A stretch of 64,000 bases of DNA, taken from Candidatus Lustribacter sp. GTDB taxonomy: Bacteria; Vulcanimicrobiota; Vulcanimicrobiia; Vulcanimicrobiales; Vulcanimicrobiaceae. The stretch spans positions 1,728,001 through 1,792,000 of the forward strand of contig OZ255842.1 in the NCBI GenBank assembly GCA_965277805.1, in the 5' to 3' direction. Made by a program: the position numbers and the translations under genes. How positions within the stretch are numbered: the stretch's first letter is position 1; each line of letters starts with the position of its first letter. The notes beneath the pieces are model-generated. The model ran no database searches, was not told where the DNA came from, and was given only the letters and a program-made list of their open reading frames with translations. Of the stretch, positions 1 to 9,116 are shown piece by piece.

Positions 1-125
1 CCGGCCCTTCGACCCCTTTTCGGCTACGGACGTTGCACCATCTCCGAGGCCCGGCCCACAGAGGCTCGCGGGGCCGAGGTGGGCTAATATCGGCTGAAGC
101 TTTTTTTCCGATCCGGGAGCAAGCG

Positions 126-584
126 TTGAGTATCAGAATCACCGTGAACGGCCGCTCGCACGACGTGCGCGCAACCCCCGAGACGCCGTTGCTCTACGTG
201 CTGCGCGACGAACTCGCGCTGGACGGCCCCAAATTTGGCTGCGGTCTCGCCCAGTGCGGCGCATGTACGGTCATGATCAAGGGCCGCGCTACGCGCTCGT
301 GCGTGCTCCCGGTCGCGTCGGTCGAAGCCCCCGTTACGACGGTGGAGGGACTCGGAACGCCGGCCCATCCGCACCCCGTGCAACGCGCGTTCGTCGCCGA
401 GCAAGCGGCACAGTGCGGCTACTGCATCTCCGGAATGGTGGTGGCCTCGGCCGCGCTGTTGGCCGAACATCCGCATCCGAGCGACGCGCAGATCCGCCAA
501 GCGCTCGACGGCAATCTCTGCCGTTGCGGTTCGCATCTGCGGATCATGCGCGCGGTGAAAAGCGCCGCCGGAGAACGCGTCTGA
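126..584 (+). CDS. (2Fe-2S)-binding small subunit of a xanthine dehydrogenase-family molybdoenzyme (IorA/CoxS-like)
   Basis: GPKFGCGLAQCGACTV, QCGYC and GNLCRCG motifs; TTG start at 126 after GGGAG (115-119); TGATG overlap with the next gene. Confidence 0.92.
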   Translation: MSIRITVNGRSHDVRATPETPLLYVLRDELALDGPKFGCGLAQCGACTVMIKGRATRSCVLPVASVEAPVTTVEGLGTPAHPHPVQRAFVAEQAAQCGYCISGMVVASAALLAEHPHPSDAQIRQALDGNLCRCGSHLRIMRAVKSAAGERV

Positions 585-2815
585 TGCTCGCACGCAGCAG
601 CTTCCTCGCGCGCGGCGCCGGCATCGTGATCGCGTTCTCGATGCCGCGCGACGCATTCGCGCAGACCAACCCCACGAAACCGGCCGGGCCGTCGGTGCAG
701 GAGACAAATCCGGTCGGCAACGCCGCGGTAACCGACTATGTCGATAACTGGCTCGCCATCAACCGCACCGGAACGGTGACGGTGCACTTCGGAAAAGTCG
801 AACTCGGGACCGGCATCCAAACCGCGATCGCGCAGATCGTCGCCGACGAGCTCGACGTGCCGTTCGCGAGCGTGAGCGTCGCCGCCGCCGACACGAGCAA
901 CACGCCCGATCAGGGCTACACCGCCGGCAGCGCATCGCTGAGTGCCGGCGCGATTCCGGTACGCCAAGCGGCCGCGGAAGCGCGGCTCGCCGTGCTCGAT
1001 CTTGCGGCGACGCACTTCGGCGTGGCGCCGAGCCGGCTCGTCACTGCCGGCGGCGAGGTCCGCGTCGCAGGCGAAACGCGGCGCGTGAGCTACGGCGAAC
1101 TCGCCGGCGGCCGTCCCATCCACCGCACGATCGCGAAAGCCACCAAGGTGAAGGATCCCGACGCCTATCGCGTGGTCGGGAAGCCGATCGCGCGCGTCGA
1201 TCTGCCGGCCAAGGTGTACGGCTCGTTCGATTATCTGCAGAATTTGCGGCTGCCGGGAATGCTGCACGGGCGCGTCATCCGGCCCGCGCCGATCGGTGCG
1301 AAGCTCGCGAAGGTCGATGAATCCTCGCTCGGCGGATTGAACGGCGTACGCGTCGTGAAACGCGACGCCTTTCTCGGCGTCGTCGCCCCCGACGAGTGGA
1401 CTGCCATTCAAGCGATGCGCCAGCTCAAGGTGTCCTGGAGCGGCGGCGGCATGGAACCGGTGACCGATCTCGCCGCGGCGGTGCGCGCGGTTCCGCTCGT
1501 CAACGAGAAGGCGATCGTCGACACCGGCAACTTCGCCGCACTCGATAGCAACGCGCTCAACGCAACCTACGTGTGGCCATACCAGACGCACGGTTCGATC
1601 GGACCCTCGTGCGGCATCGCCGACGTGCGCGACGGCAAGGCGACGGTGTGGTCGTCGACGCAGGGCATCTTCTTCTTGCGCGGTGCGCTCGCGAAGCTCC
1701 TCGGATTGCCCAACAGCGCGGTGGAAGTGAAATACGGCGAAGGCTCGGGCTGTTACGGCCACAACGGTTCGGACGATGCCGCCGCCGACGCCGCGCTGCT
1801 CTCGCAAGCCGTCGGCGCGCCGGTGCGCGTGCAGTGGATGCGCGATCAGGAGCATGGCTGTGATCCGAAGGGTCCGGCGATGGTCATCACCCAGAGCGCC
1901 GCGCTCGACGCGACGCAGCGCATCAGCACGTGGCGCAGCGACGTGTGGTCGCCCTCGCACTCGGCGCGCCCGCAAGGCGAGGCCGGCAACCTCCTCGCGG
2001 GCAAACTCACCGGCGTTCCGACGCCGAAGAACGCGTTCGTCGGCGGCGACCGCGACGCGAAGGTCAACTACCAGATCCCCAACTACCGCGTCACGATGCA
2101 CAACCTGATCGACGGCGTGCTGCACTCCTCGGCCATGCGCGGACTCGGCGGCACGCAGAACACGTTCGCCAACGAATCGTTCATGGACGAGCTCGCGACG
2201 GCCGCCAAGGCCGACCCGTTGGCGTTTCGCCGCGCGCATCTCGCCAACGACCAGCGCGCACTCGACCTGCTGGCCGCGCTCGAAAAACTCGGCAAGTGGG
2301 AAGCCCGGGTCGCTGCATCCGCCGTGAACGCATCGGACCGCACGGCGCATGGTCGCGGGCTCTCGTTCGTGCGCTATGAGAATACCGAAGCGTACGTGGC
2401 CTGCATCGCCGACGTCACCGTCGATCGCAAAACCGGCTACGTACGCGTCGGGCACTTGGCGATCGCACACGATTGCGGGCTGATCGTCAACCCGAACGGT
2501 CTGCGCAATCAGATCGAAGGCAACGCGATTCAGGCGATGAGCCGGACGCTCAAGGAAGCCGTGGCGTTCAATACCAGCGGCGTCATCAGCCTCGACTGGC
2601 ACAGCTATCCGATCGTGCGCTTCAGCGAGGTTCCGGACGTCTCGATCGCGCTCGTCAACCGTCCGCACGAGCCGGTGCTGGGCGCGGGCGAAGCGACCAC
2701 CGTCGTGATCGCGCCCGCGATCGGCAACGCCATTCACGACGCAACCGGACTTCGTTTGCGCGAAGTGCCGTTCACCCCGGACCGCGTTGCGGCCGCACTA
2801 AGGAGCCTTACATGA
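584..2815 (+). CDS. Molybdopterin-binding large subunit (IorB/aldehyde oxidoreductase family), Tat-like leader
   Basis: GKVELGTGIQTAIAQIVADELD, QGYTAGSAS, AMRGLG, DCGLIVNP..QIEG and GAGEA motifs; ATG at 584 coupled to the upstream TGA; N-terminus MLARSSFLARGAG...AFA. Confidence 0.92.
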   Translation: MLARSSFLARGAGIVIAFSMPRDAFAQTNPTKPAGPSVQETNPVGNAAVTDYVDNWLAINRTGTVTVHFGKVELGTGIQTAIAQIVADELDVPFASVSVAAADTSNTPDQGYTAGSASLSAGAIPVRQAAAEARLAVLDLAATHFGVAPSRLVTAGGEVRVAGETRRVSYGELAGGRPIHRTIAKATKVKDPDAYRVVGKPIARVDLPAKVYGSFDYLQNLRLPGMLHGRVIRPAPIGAKLAKVDESSLGGLNGVRVVKRDAFLGVVAPDEWTAIQAMRQLKVSWSGGGMEPVTDLAAAVRAVPLVNEKAIVDTGNFAALDSNALNATYVWPYQTHGSIGPSCGIADVRDGKATVWSSTQGIFFLRGALAKLLGLPNSAVEVKYGEGSGCYGHNGSDDAAADAALLSQAVGAPVRVQWMRDQEHGCDPKGPAMVITQSAALDATQRISTWRSDVWSPSHSARPQGEAGNLLAGKLTGVPTPKNAFVGGDRDAKVNYQIPNYRVTMHNLIDGVLHSSAMRGLGGTQNTFANESFMDELATAAKADPLAFRRAHLANDQRALDLLAALEKLGKWEARVAASAVNASDRTAHGRGLSFVRYENTEAYVACIADVTVDRKTGYVRVGHLAIAHDCGLIVNPNGLRNQIEGNAIQAMSRTLKEAVAFNTSGVISLDWHSYPIVRFSEVPDVSIALVNRPHEPVLGAGEATTVVIAPAIGNAIHDATGLRLREVPFTPDRVAAALRSLT

Positions 2816-3750
2816 ACCGACGCAACGCGCTGGCCGGTCTCGGTGCCGGACTCGCCGCCGCCGCCGCGCCGCGGGCCGTCTTCGCCGCGAACGATCCCTT
2901 ACACATCGCCTCGATCCCGCTCGACGCCGGCGCTGAGGCGTACTACGCCTACGACATGGGCTACTTCCGCGACGCCGGCATCGAGGCGACCGTCGACTCG
3001 ATGGCCAGCGGCGCCGCGATTCTCCCCGCGGTAACCTCGGGTGCGGTGGACGTCGGTTTCTCGAACCTGATCTCGATCGCCGTCGCCTACAAACACAACG
3101 TGCCGCTGACGCTGCTCGCTCCCGGGAGTCTCTACACGGCGAGCATCCCGACGTCGGTGCTGATGGTGCCGGCCAACTCGCCGGCCAAGACCGCGCGCGA
3201 CCTCAACGGCAAGACCCTAGCCGTCAACGGTCTCAAGACGATCACCCAGTACGCGCCCGAATTGTGGATCGACAAAAACGGCGGTGATTCCACCAGCGTG
3301 AAGTTCGTCGAGATGACGTTTCCGCAGATCGTCGAGGCGCTCGGCACGAACCGCATCGATGCGGCGATCGTCGCCGACCCGTTCATAGCGCAGGCAAAGC
3401 CGGCCGCGCGCATCCTCGCCGACGCCTACGACGCGATCGGATCGCGCTACATCATCGGCTGCTGGTTTTCAACCACGCAGTGGGCGCAGACGCATTCCGC
3501 GCTCGCCGGCCGGTTCGCGCAAGCCATCGCCCGCACCGCGCAGTGGGCCAATACGCACAAGCCGGCGAGCGGAGCGATTCTCGCCAAGTACAGCAAGATG
3601 GATCCGGCCGTCGCCGCGACGATGCTGCGCGTGGACTACGCGCCGCGCTTCGTCAAATCCGACATGCAGCCGGTGATCGATCTCGTCGCCCGCTACGGCG
3701 GACTTCCCGCCACGTTCCCAGCCGACGAACTGATCTTCAAACCAGCCTAA
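2812..3750 (+). CDS. ABC substrate-binding protein, NitT/TauT (NMT1/SsuA-like) family, Tat signal
   Basis: MNRRNAL...AVFA twin-arginine signal; YAYDMGYFRDAGIE and DLNGKTLAV motifs; ATGA overlap. Confidence 0.82.
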   Translation: MNRRNALAGLGAGLAAAAAPRAVFAANDPLHIASIPLDAGAEAYYAYDMGYFRDAGIEATVDSMASGAAILPAVTSGAVDVGFSNLISIAVAYKHNVPLTLLAPGSLYTASIPTSVLMVPANSPAKTARDLNGKTLAVNGLKTITQYAPELWIDKNGGDSTSVKFVEMTFPQIVEALGTNRIDAAIVADPFIAQAKPAARILADAYDAIGSRYIIGCWFSTTQWAQTHSALAGRFAQAIARTAQWANTHKPASGAILAKYSKMDPAVAATMLRVDYAPRFVKSDMQPVIDLVARYGGLPATFPADELIFKPA

Positions 3751-4397
3751 ATAAACTGCGCGACTTCGGCGGGTTCGAGACGCGGCAAGCGCGGGAAGTA
3801 CTTCGTGTCGTCGCCGTACCCGATGTTGATCAGGAAGAGCGAGATTAAACGGCCGTCGGGAAAGAACTCGGCGTCCGTCTTCGCGCGATCGAAGCCGCCC
3901 ATCGGCCCGCAGTCGAGCCCGAGGGCGCGCGCGGCAAGGGTGAAGTAGCCCATCTGCAAGAGCGCGTTGTCGCGCGCAAACATGCGGGTCGTTTCGAGTT
4001 TGTCCTCGCCCTTGAAGTTGTCGGCCATCTGCGGCCGGGTCGGGAACAGGCGCGGGATGTTCTCGTAGAATTTCAGGTCGGCAGCAACGATCGCCGTGGC
4101 GGGCGCGGCCATCGTCTTCGCCTGATTCGTCGGGCCCACGCACGGGTTCAACCGTTCCTTCGCTTCGCGCGAGGTCACGAACACGAAGCGCACCGGCAGC
4201 GTGTTGGCGCTGGTCGGCCCGAGTTCGGTGATCTCGACGACGCGTTCGAGCAATTCGCGCGGCACCGGCGCATCGACGAAGCCGTTCGCGGTTCGTGCTT
4301 CGAGGAACAACGTCCGCAGCGCGCGTTCGTCGACGGTACGCTGTTGCTTGAGGGCAACGATTTGTTCGAGGGTCGGCGGCGTCTCTGAAAGGTTCAC
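3747..4397 (-). CDS. RutE-like nitroreductase-family protein (malonic semialdehyde reductase family)
   Basis: LFLEARTANGF, GPTSANTLPVRF, LAARALGLDCGPMGGFD and FPRLPRL motifs; GTG start at 4397 inferred. Confidence 0.85.
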   Translation of the reverse strand: MNLSETPPTLEQIVALKQQRTVDERALRTLFLEARTANGFVDAPVPRELLERVVEITELGPTSANTLPVRFVFVTSREAKERLNPCVGPTNQAKTMAAPATAIVAADLKFYENIPRLFPTRPQMADNFKGEDKLETTRMFARDNALLQMGYFTLAARALGLDCGPMGGFDRAKTDAEFFPDGRLISLFLINIGYGDDTKYFPRLPRLEPAEVAQFI

Positions 4398-4420
4398 GAT
4401 GCGCCCAACCCCGGCAGGGG

Positions 4421-5515
4421 CTAGGCGGGTTGCAAGGCCCGATAGTGGCGGCCCTTGGAAACGGGCGCCAGGTCGCCGGCGATTTGCTTCCAGTGCGCCG
4501 CCGAGTCGTCGCTGGAAAACACGATACCGTCGGTCGTTCCGGCGTAGAGCGTGAACCCGCCGGGATAGGCGGCCATGCTCATGGCTTCGATATTCGGCCG
4601 GCGATCGGCCGGAAAGCCGACGCTTGCATCGGTCCAGTTGAGACCACGATCCGCACTCTTCATGATCGTTCCGTCGGCATAGTGCGTGGTGCGCCACTGG
4701 CCCGGATCCTTCGATGCGCCGGCAACGAAGATCGTGTTCGGGTCGAGCGGCGAGATGATGAAATGATCGGGGTAGCCGATCCGGAAACTGTTGTCGATCT
4801 CGAGTTCCCACGTTTCGCCGGCGTCGAGGCTGTGATAGATCCCCATGCCGGTAGTGAGAAAGAGTTCGTTCGAGTTATCGGGGTGCACGGTGAGCAAGTG
4901 CACGTCGCGATACGTCCAGTCGGTGGGTTTCGAGAATTCCGATATTTCGCGCCACGTTGCGCCGCCGTCGGTCGTCTTGAACATTGCGCCCTGCTCCACG
5001 CCGGCGTAGACGACGTTGGGATTGCGTTTGTCGACCGTGATCGTCTTCGTGTGCGGCAAATGCGGCGGCGCGGGGAACACCCACTTCTCGCAGCCGGCCG
5101 CGCCTTTGATGCCGGCCAGCTCGCGCCACGACAAACCGTAGTCGTCGCTGCGGAAAATCGACGCGGGTTCCGTTCCCACATACAGCACGACGTCCTCGCC
5201 GACGTTCGCGTACGCGAGCGAGAACGCGTGCTCGATCGTCAACCCGTTGGTGCGCAGTTCCCACGTTTCGCCGTTGTCGCCGCTGAAGTACAATCCACCG
5301 TCGTGCATGCCGGCAAAAATGCCGCCGCGCTTCGGCTCGATCATGATCGAACCGCAATGATGTCCGTCGAGCGTGCGCCCGCGATCGGTCCACTGCGCGT
5401 CGGCGTTGGCGCGTTCGAGCAGGTTGATGCCCTTGATCGTCGCGACGAGCAACCGGGTGGGCGGCTCCTCACCAAAACAGAGATTCTGGCCGTTCGCGGA
5501 AAGACAAGCGATCAT
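4421..5515 (-). CDS. BNR/Asp-box repeat beta-propeller protein, apparently cytoplasmic
   Basis: Repeated Asp-boxes SGDNGETW, SDDYGLSW, TTDGGATW, SLDAGETW, SADRGLNW and SDDSAAHW; no signal peptide; GGGAG RBS. Confidence 0.8.
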   Translation of the reverse strand: MIACLSANGQNLCFGEEPPTRLLVATIKGINLLERANADAQWTDRGRTLDGHHCGSIMIEPKRGGIFAGMHDGGLYFSGDNGETWELRTNGLTIEHAFSLAYANVGEDVVLYVGTEPASIFRSDDYGLSWRELAGIKGAAGCEKWVFPAPPHLPHTKTITVDKRNPNVVYAGVEQGAMFKTTDGGATWREISEFSKPTDWTYRDVHLLTVHPDNSNELFLTTGMGIYHSLDAGETWELEIDNSFRIGYPDHFIISPLDPNTIFVAGASKDPGQWRTTHYADGTIMKSADRGLNWTDASVGFPADRRPNIEAMSMAAYPGGFTLYAGTTDGIVFSSDDSAAHWKQIAGDLAPVSKGRHYRALQPA

Positions 5516-5534
5516 GGTGAGCTCCCTCGTTACC

Positions 5535-5567
5535 TTGCCAATAATGCTATTATACTATAACATTATT
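5535..5567. promoter_or_regulatory. Divergent promoter region with palindromic operator
   Basis: TTGCCA-17 nt-TAACAT on + (5535-5563); TATAAT on - (5549-5554); inverted repeat AATAATGCTAT-TATACT-ATAACATTATT (5540-5567, 10/11 match) in an AT-rich patch. Confidence 0.7.
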
Positions 5568-5593
5568 TCACCCCTCCACGGAAGGCCGCCCGG

Positions 5594-6901
5594 ATGAGAC
5601 TTGACGACAATCCCGCAACGGCGGCCAACCCAGCCGAGGGCGTGGTGAGCCGGGAGATCTTCTCCAGCGAGAGTATCTTCGCGCAAGAGCTCGAGCGGGT
5701 GTTCGCGCCGTCGTGGGCGTTCGTCGGTCACACGAGCCAGATTCCCGCCGACGGCGACTACGTGCTCTCGCGCGTCGGTCAAGAATCCGTCATCGTCGCG
5801 CGAGAAAAGGGCGGCGCGATCAACGTGCTGCTGAATAGCTGCCGCCACCGCGGCATGCCCGTGTGCCGCTACGACACCGGCAACGCAAGCGCGTTCACTT
5901 GTTCCTATCATGCCTGGTCATACGACCTCGAAGGCGCGCTCACGGGCGTGCCGCGTTTGAACGAAGCTTATCACGGCGAGCTCGACCGCACGCAGTGGGG
6001 TTTGGTGAAAGCGCGCGTCGCGATCTTCTACGGTTCGATCTGGGCGTCGTTCGATGAGAACGCGCCGGATTTCGAAACGTTCCTCGGCGACATGGCCTAC
6101 TACGTCCGCGATTTGATGCAAAGCCCCGACGGCGAAGACGACGGCTACGAAGTGATCGGCGGCATCGTCAAATGGCGGATGCCGTGCAACTGGAAGTTCG
6201 GCGCCGAAAATTTCACCGGCGACCACTACCACAACTACAGCCACCGTTCGGTCGACCGGCTCAAGATCAGCCTCAGCGGGAAGGCCTCGCGTCACCCGCT
6301 GGCGGGGATCGAAACGCCGTTCAAGTTTCTGAACATCGCGCATCCCGGCGGGCACACCGTGCGCGCCAACCTCTACGAGGCGCAGACGGAATATACGTCG
6401 CTATGGGGCGACGAACCCGAAGTCGATGCGTACTTCCGCGCCGCGCACGAGAAACGGCAGCGGCGTTTGGGCGATCGCGCCCGGCTCATCACCCGCGGCG
6501 GCGTGGTGTTCCCGAACATGCACTACAACACGGGCGGACGCAACACCGTCGGCATCTGGGTGCCGATCAGCGCCGCGGAAACCGAAGTGTGGCGCTGGCT
6601 CTTCGTTCCGCGTGAAGCGCCGCAAATCGTCAAGGATACCTTACGCCACTTTTACCTGCGCTACGCCGGGCCGGCCGGCATGACCGAACAGGACGACATG
6701 GAGAACTGGAGCGCCGCGCAGCGCGGCACGAGCGGCGTCACGGCGCGTAAGTTTCCGTTCAACTTTCAGCTCAACATCAACGAAGCGCACCGCGCCTGGC
6801 CCGAAGCGTGGCTCGGCGCCGATGCGATGGTCACGGCCGGCGTCTCCGAACACAACCAGCGTTCGTTCTACGCGCGCTGGAATGAGATGATGTCAGCGTG
6901 A
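5594..6901 (+). CDS. Aromatic ring-hydroxylating Rieske dioxygenase, alpha subunit
   Basis: Rieske CRHRG...CSYH; mononuclear Fe site NWKFGAENFTGDHYHNYSH; EQDDMENW. Confidence 0.95.
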   Translation: MRLDDNPATAANPAEGVVSREIFSSESIFAQELERVFAPSWAFVGHTSQIPADGDYVLSRVGQESVIVAREKGGAINVLLNSCRHRGMPVCRYDTGNASAFTCSYHAWSYDLEGALTGVPRLNEAYHGELDRTQWGLVKARVAIFYGSIWASFDENAPDFETFLGDMAYYVRDLMQSPDGEDDGYEVIGGIVKWRMPCNWKFGAENFTGDHYHNYSHRSVDRLKISLSGKASRHPLAGIETPFKFLNIAHPGGHTVRANLYEAQTEYTSLWGDEPEVDAYFRAAHEKRQRRLGDRARLITRGGVVFPNMHYNTGGRNTVGIWVPISAAETEVWRWLFVPREAPQIVKDTLRHFYLRYAGPAGMTEQDDMENWSAAQRGTSGVTARKFPFNFQLNINEAHRAWPEAWLGADAMVTAGVSEHNQRSFYARWNEMMSA

Positions 6902-7440
6902 GCAACGTCGCGCCCACCGCCTTGGAAACCGGCCTCGCGCAGCTGCTGTTGCAGCGCGAAATCGAGGCGTTCTACACGCGCGAAGCCGAGTTGCTCGACG
7001 AGCGCCGCTTCGCCGAATGGCTCGAGCTCTTTGCCGAGGACGCGCGTTACTTCATGCCGATCGCGCGCAACGTCGCGTTCGACCGGCCGCAAGACGAGTA
7101 CACGCGCGAGGGAGCCGACGCGAACTGGTTCGATGAGGGCAAAGAATACCTCATAAAGCGCGTGGAACAGCTCGAAAGCGGCGATCACTGGGCCGAAGAG
7201 CCGCGGTCGCGCACCTCACACCTGATCACCAACGTCAACGTCGCCGGGATCGACGGCACGGACATGACCGTCCACTGCCGCTTCATCGTCTCGCAAATCC
7301 GGCAAGAGACCGACCACAACGTGTTCGTGGGCAAGCGCACCGACATATTGCGCCGCACCGACGCCCTCCACATCGCGCACCGCTCGATCTACCTCGACCA
7401 AAGCGTGATGCTCGCGAAGGGCCTAACGACGTTCTTTTAA
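6898..7440 (+). CDS. Aromatic ring-hydroxylating dioxygenase, beta subunit
   Basis: REAELLDERRFAEWL, WAEEPRSRTSHLITNV, C-terminal LDQSVMLAKGLTTFF; GTGA overlap with the alpha subunit. Confidence 0.93.
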   Translation: MSNVAPTALETGLAQLLLQREIEAFYTREAELLDERRFAEWLELFAEDARYFMPIARNVAFDRPQDEYTREGADANWFDEGKEYLIKRVEQLESGDHWAEEPRSRTSHLITNVNVAGIDGTDMTVHCRFIVSQIRQETDHNVFVGKRTDILRRTDALHIAHRSIYLDQSVMLAKGLTTFF

Positions 7441-7447
7441 TGTCAAG

Positions 7448-8302
7448 TTACGCCGTCAGGTAGCTCCGGACGATGGTGTTGAAGGTTTCGGGGTGTTCCC
7501 ATTGGGGCCAGTGGCCGGAATCTTCCATCAAGGCCCAGCCGGCGTCGGGGACGTAGCTCATCGCTTTTTGCGCGGTGACGACTTGCTGTGAGGGGTTGTG
7601 GTCGGTCCACAGAAACAGCATCGGCACCTTGATGCGCGCGAGGTTTTCGGGCGTGAGCTGGTGCTCGGGGTCGCGGCCTTCGGCGGTGTTGCCGGCTTTG
7701 CCGACTGAGAGCTGATAGAGCGCCCAGCGCAAGTCGATCAGTTCCTCGGTGATGTCGCGCTCGGGCTTCGTGAAGAGCCAGCCGAGACGTTCGCGCACGT
7801 TCTCGCGGGTCGGATTGGCCACGAACTGCTTCGTCAGCCGCCGGAACTCGCCGAGGCCGGCGTCGGTCTTCTTCTGCGTCTCTTCATCGACCGGAACGCT
7901 GAGGTGCGCGCCGACGGTGTAGATGATCTTGCCGACCCGGTCGGGATGATACACGGCGGTCCAGAACGCGATCGCGCCGCCGAGCGACTCGCCGATCAAA
8001 TGCGCCTTCTTGATGCCGGCCGCATCCATGTAGTCGATGAGGTGCTTGACGAACGTCGGCATCGTGGCCGGCGCGTCGCTCGAGTCGGTGAGGCCGTGCC
8101 CATAATAATCTATCGAGCGCGCGTCGAATTCATCGGAGAGCGGGACGATGTTGCGTGCGAAGGCTTCCGCGTGCCCGCCGCCGCCGTGCAGCATGATGAT
8201 CGGCATTCCGCTGCCGGCCTGTATACTGCGCGTGCGAATACCGGCTGCATCGTAGAAGCGCACTTCGGCGCCCAGCAGCTCGAGCCAGAGGGTCGATGCC
8301 AC
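7448..8302 (-). CDS. Alpha/beta hydrolase, meta-cleavage product hydrolase-like (BphD/MhpC family)
   Basis: LHGGGGH oxyanion region, GESLGG nucleophile elbow, SGHWPQWEHP; catabolic context. Confidence 0.8.
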   Translation of the reverse strand: MASTLWLELLGAEVRFYDAAGIRTRSIQAGSGMPIIMLHGGGGHAEAFARNIVPLSDEFDARSIDYYGHGLTDSSDAPATMPTFVKHLIDYMDAAGIKKAHLIGESLGGAIAFWTAVYHPDRVGKIIYTVGAHLSVPVDEETQKKTDAGLGEFRRLTKQFVANPTRENVRERLGWLFTKPERDITEELIDLRWALYQLSVGKAGNTAEGRDPEHQLTPENLARIKVPMLFLWTDHNPSQQVVTAQKAMSYVPDAGWALMEDSGHWPQWEHPETFNTIVRSYLTA

Positions 8303-8303
8303 G

Positions 8304-9116
8304 CTAAGCTGCCGCCGTCGTTCCGACGATCTCGCGCAATTTGCGCGTCAGTTCGTCTTTGGCCGGATCGTTCTCGAGGTCGATCGACGAGGTACCGACG
8401 CCGAGGTAGCGTTCCATGATGTCGGAGCTGGCGAGCAGTTCGTCGCCCGTGCCTTCGCGCACGATCTTGCCGGTCTCGATCACGTACCCGCGATCGGCGA
8501 TCGCAAGGCTGAGCCGCGCATTCTGTTCGGAGAGCAAAATCGAGCAGCCCGTTTCGCGCAAGGTCGCGAGGATGCGGAAGATTTCCGTCACCAGGATGGG
8601 CGAGAGCCCGAGCGAGGGCTCATCGAGCAGCAACAGCTTCGGCTTGAGCATCAGGCCGCGGCCGATCGCGAGCATTTGCTGCTGACCGCCCGAGAGGCCG
8701 CCGGCCGGTAAGTTCTCGCGTTCTTTGAGAATCGGGAACGTGCGGTAGACCTCGGCCGCGCGCGATGACAGTTCTTCGCGCGAGAGCGAACCCAATTGCG
8801 TATACGCGCCGATCTCCAGGTTCTCGGCCACGCTGAGATCGCCGAAGATCTGGCGGCCTTCGGGCACGTGCGCGAGCCCCAGTTGCACGCGCGCGACCGA
8901 CGAGAGGCCCGAGAGCGGCTTGCCGGCCAGTTCGGCCGTGCCCGCGCGGGGCGTGATCAATCCCGAGATCGTCTTCAGCAGGGTCGTCTTGCCGGCGCCG
9001 TTCGCGCCGACCAGCGCGACCATCTCGCCCTCGGCGACGTGCAGCGAAACGCCGTGCAGCACGACGGCCGCGCCGTAGCCGGCCGTGAGGTTGGTGATAT
9101 CGAGCATGTTGGCCAT
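8304..9116 (-). CDS. livF: LIV-type ABC transporter ATP-binding protein (LivF-like)
   Basis: GANGAGKTT, HVPEGRQIF, LSGGQQQMLAIGR, DEPSLGL, EQN. Confidence 0.88.
   Translation of the reverse strand: MANMLDITNLTAGYGAAVVLHGVSLHVAEGEMVALVGANGAGKTTLLKTISGLITPRAGTAELAGKPLSGLSSVARVQLGLAHVPEGRQIFGDLSVAENLEIGAYTQLGSLSREELSSRAAEVYRTFPILKERENLPAGGLSGGQQQMLAIGRGLMLKPKLLLLDEPSLGLSPILVTEIFRILATLRETGCSILLSEQNARLSLAIADRGYVIETGKIVREGTGDELLASSDIMERYLGVGTSSIDLENDPAKDELTRKLREIVGTTAAA

Noticed and set aside
42-119. Possible Moco riboswitch upstream of the molybdoenzyme (CTCCGAG..., GC hairpin, CTCC able to pair with the RBS)
   Set aside because: It lacks the GCCUCCC/GGAAAGG 3' elements and the GAAA-capped stem I would expect, and a TAATAT -10-like box at 85-90 suggests a short leader. 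A cmsearch with the Rfam Moco model would settle it.
341-358. GGTGGAGGGACTCGGAAC resembles the tRNA-Arg 3' region (possible att site)
   Set aside because: It encodes the conserved TVEGLG motif of the 2Fe-2S subunit, the match is gapped, and no integrase is present.
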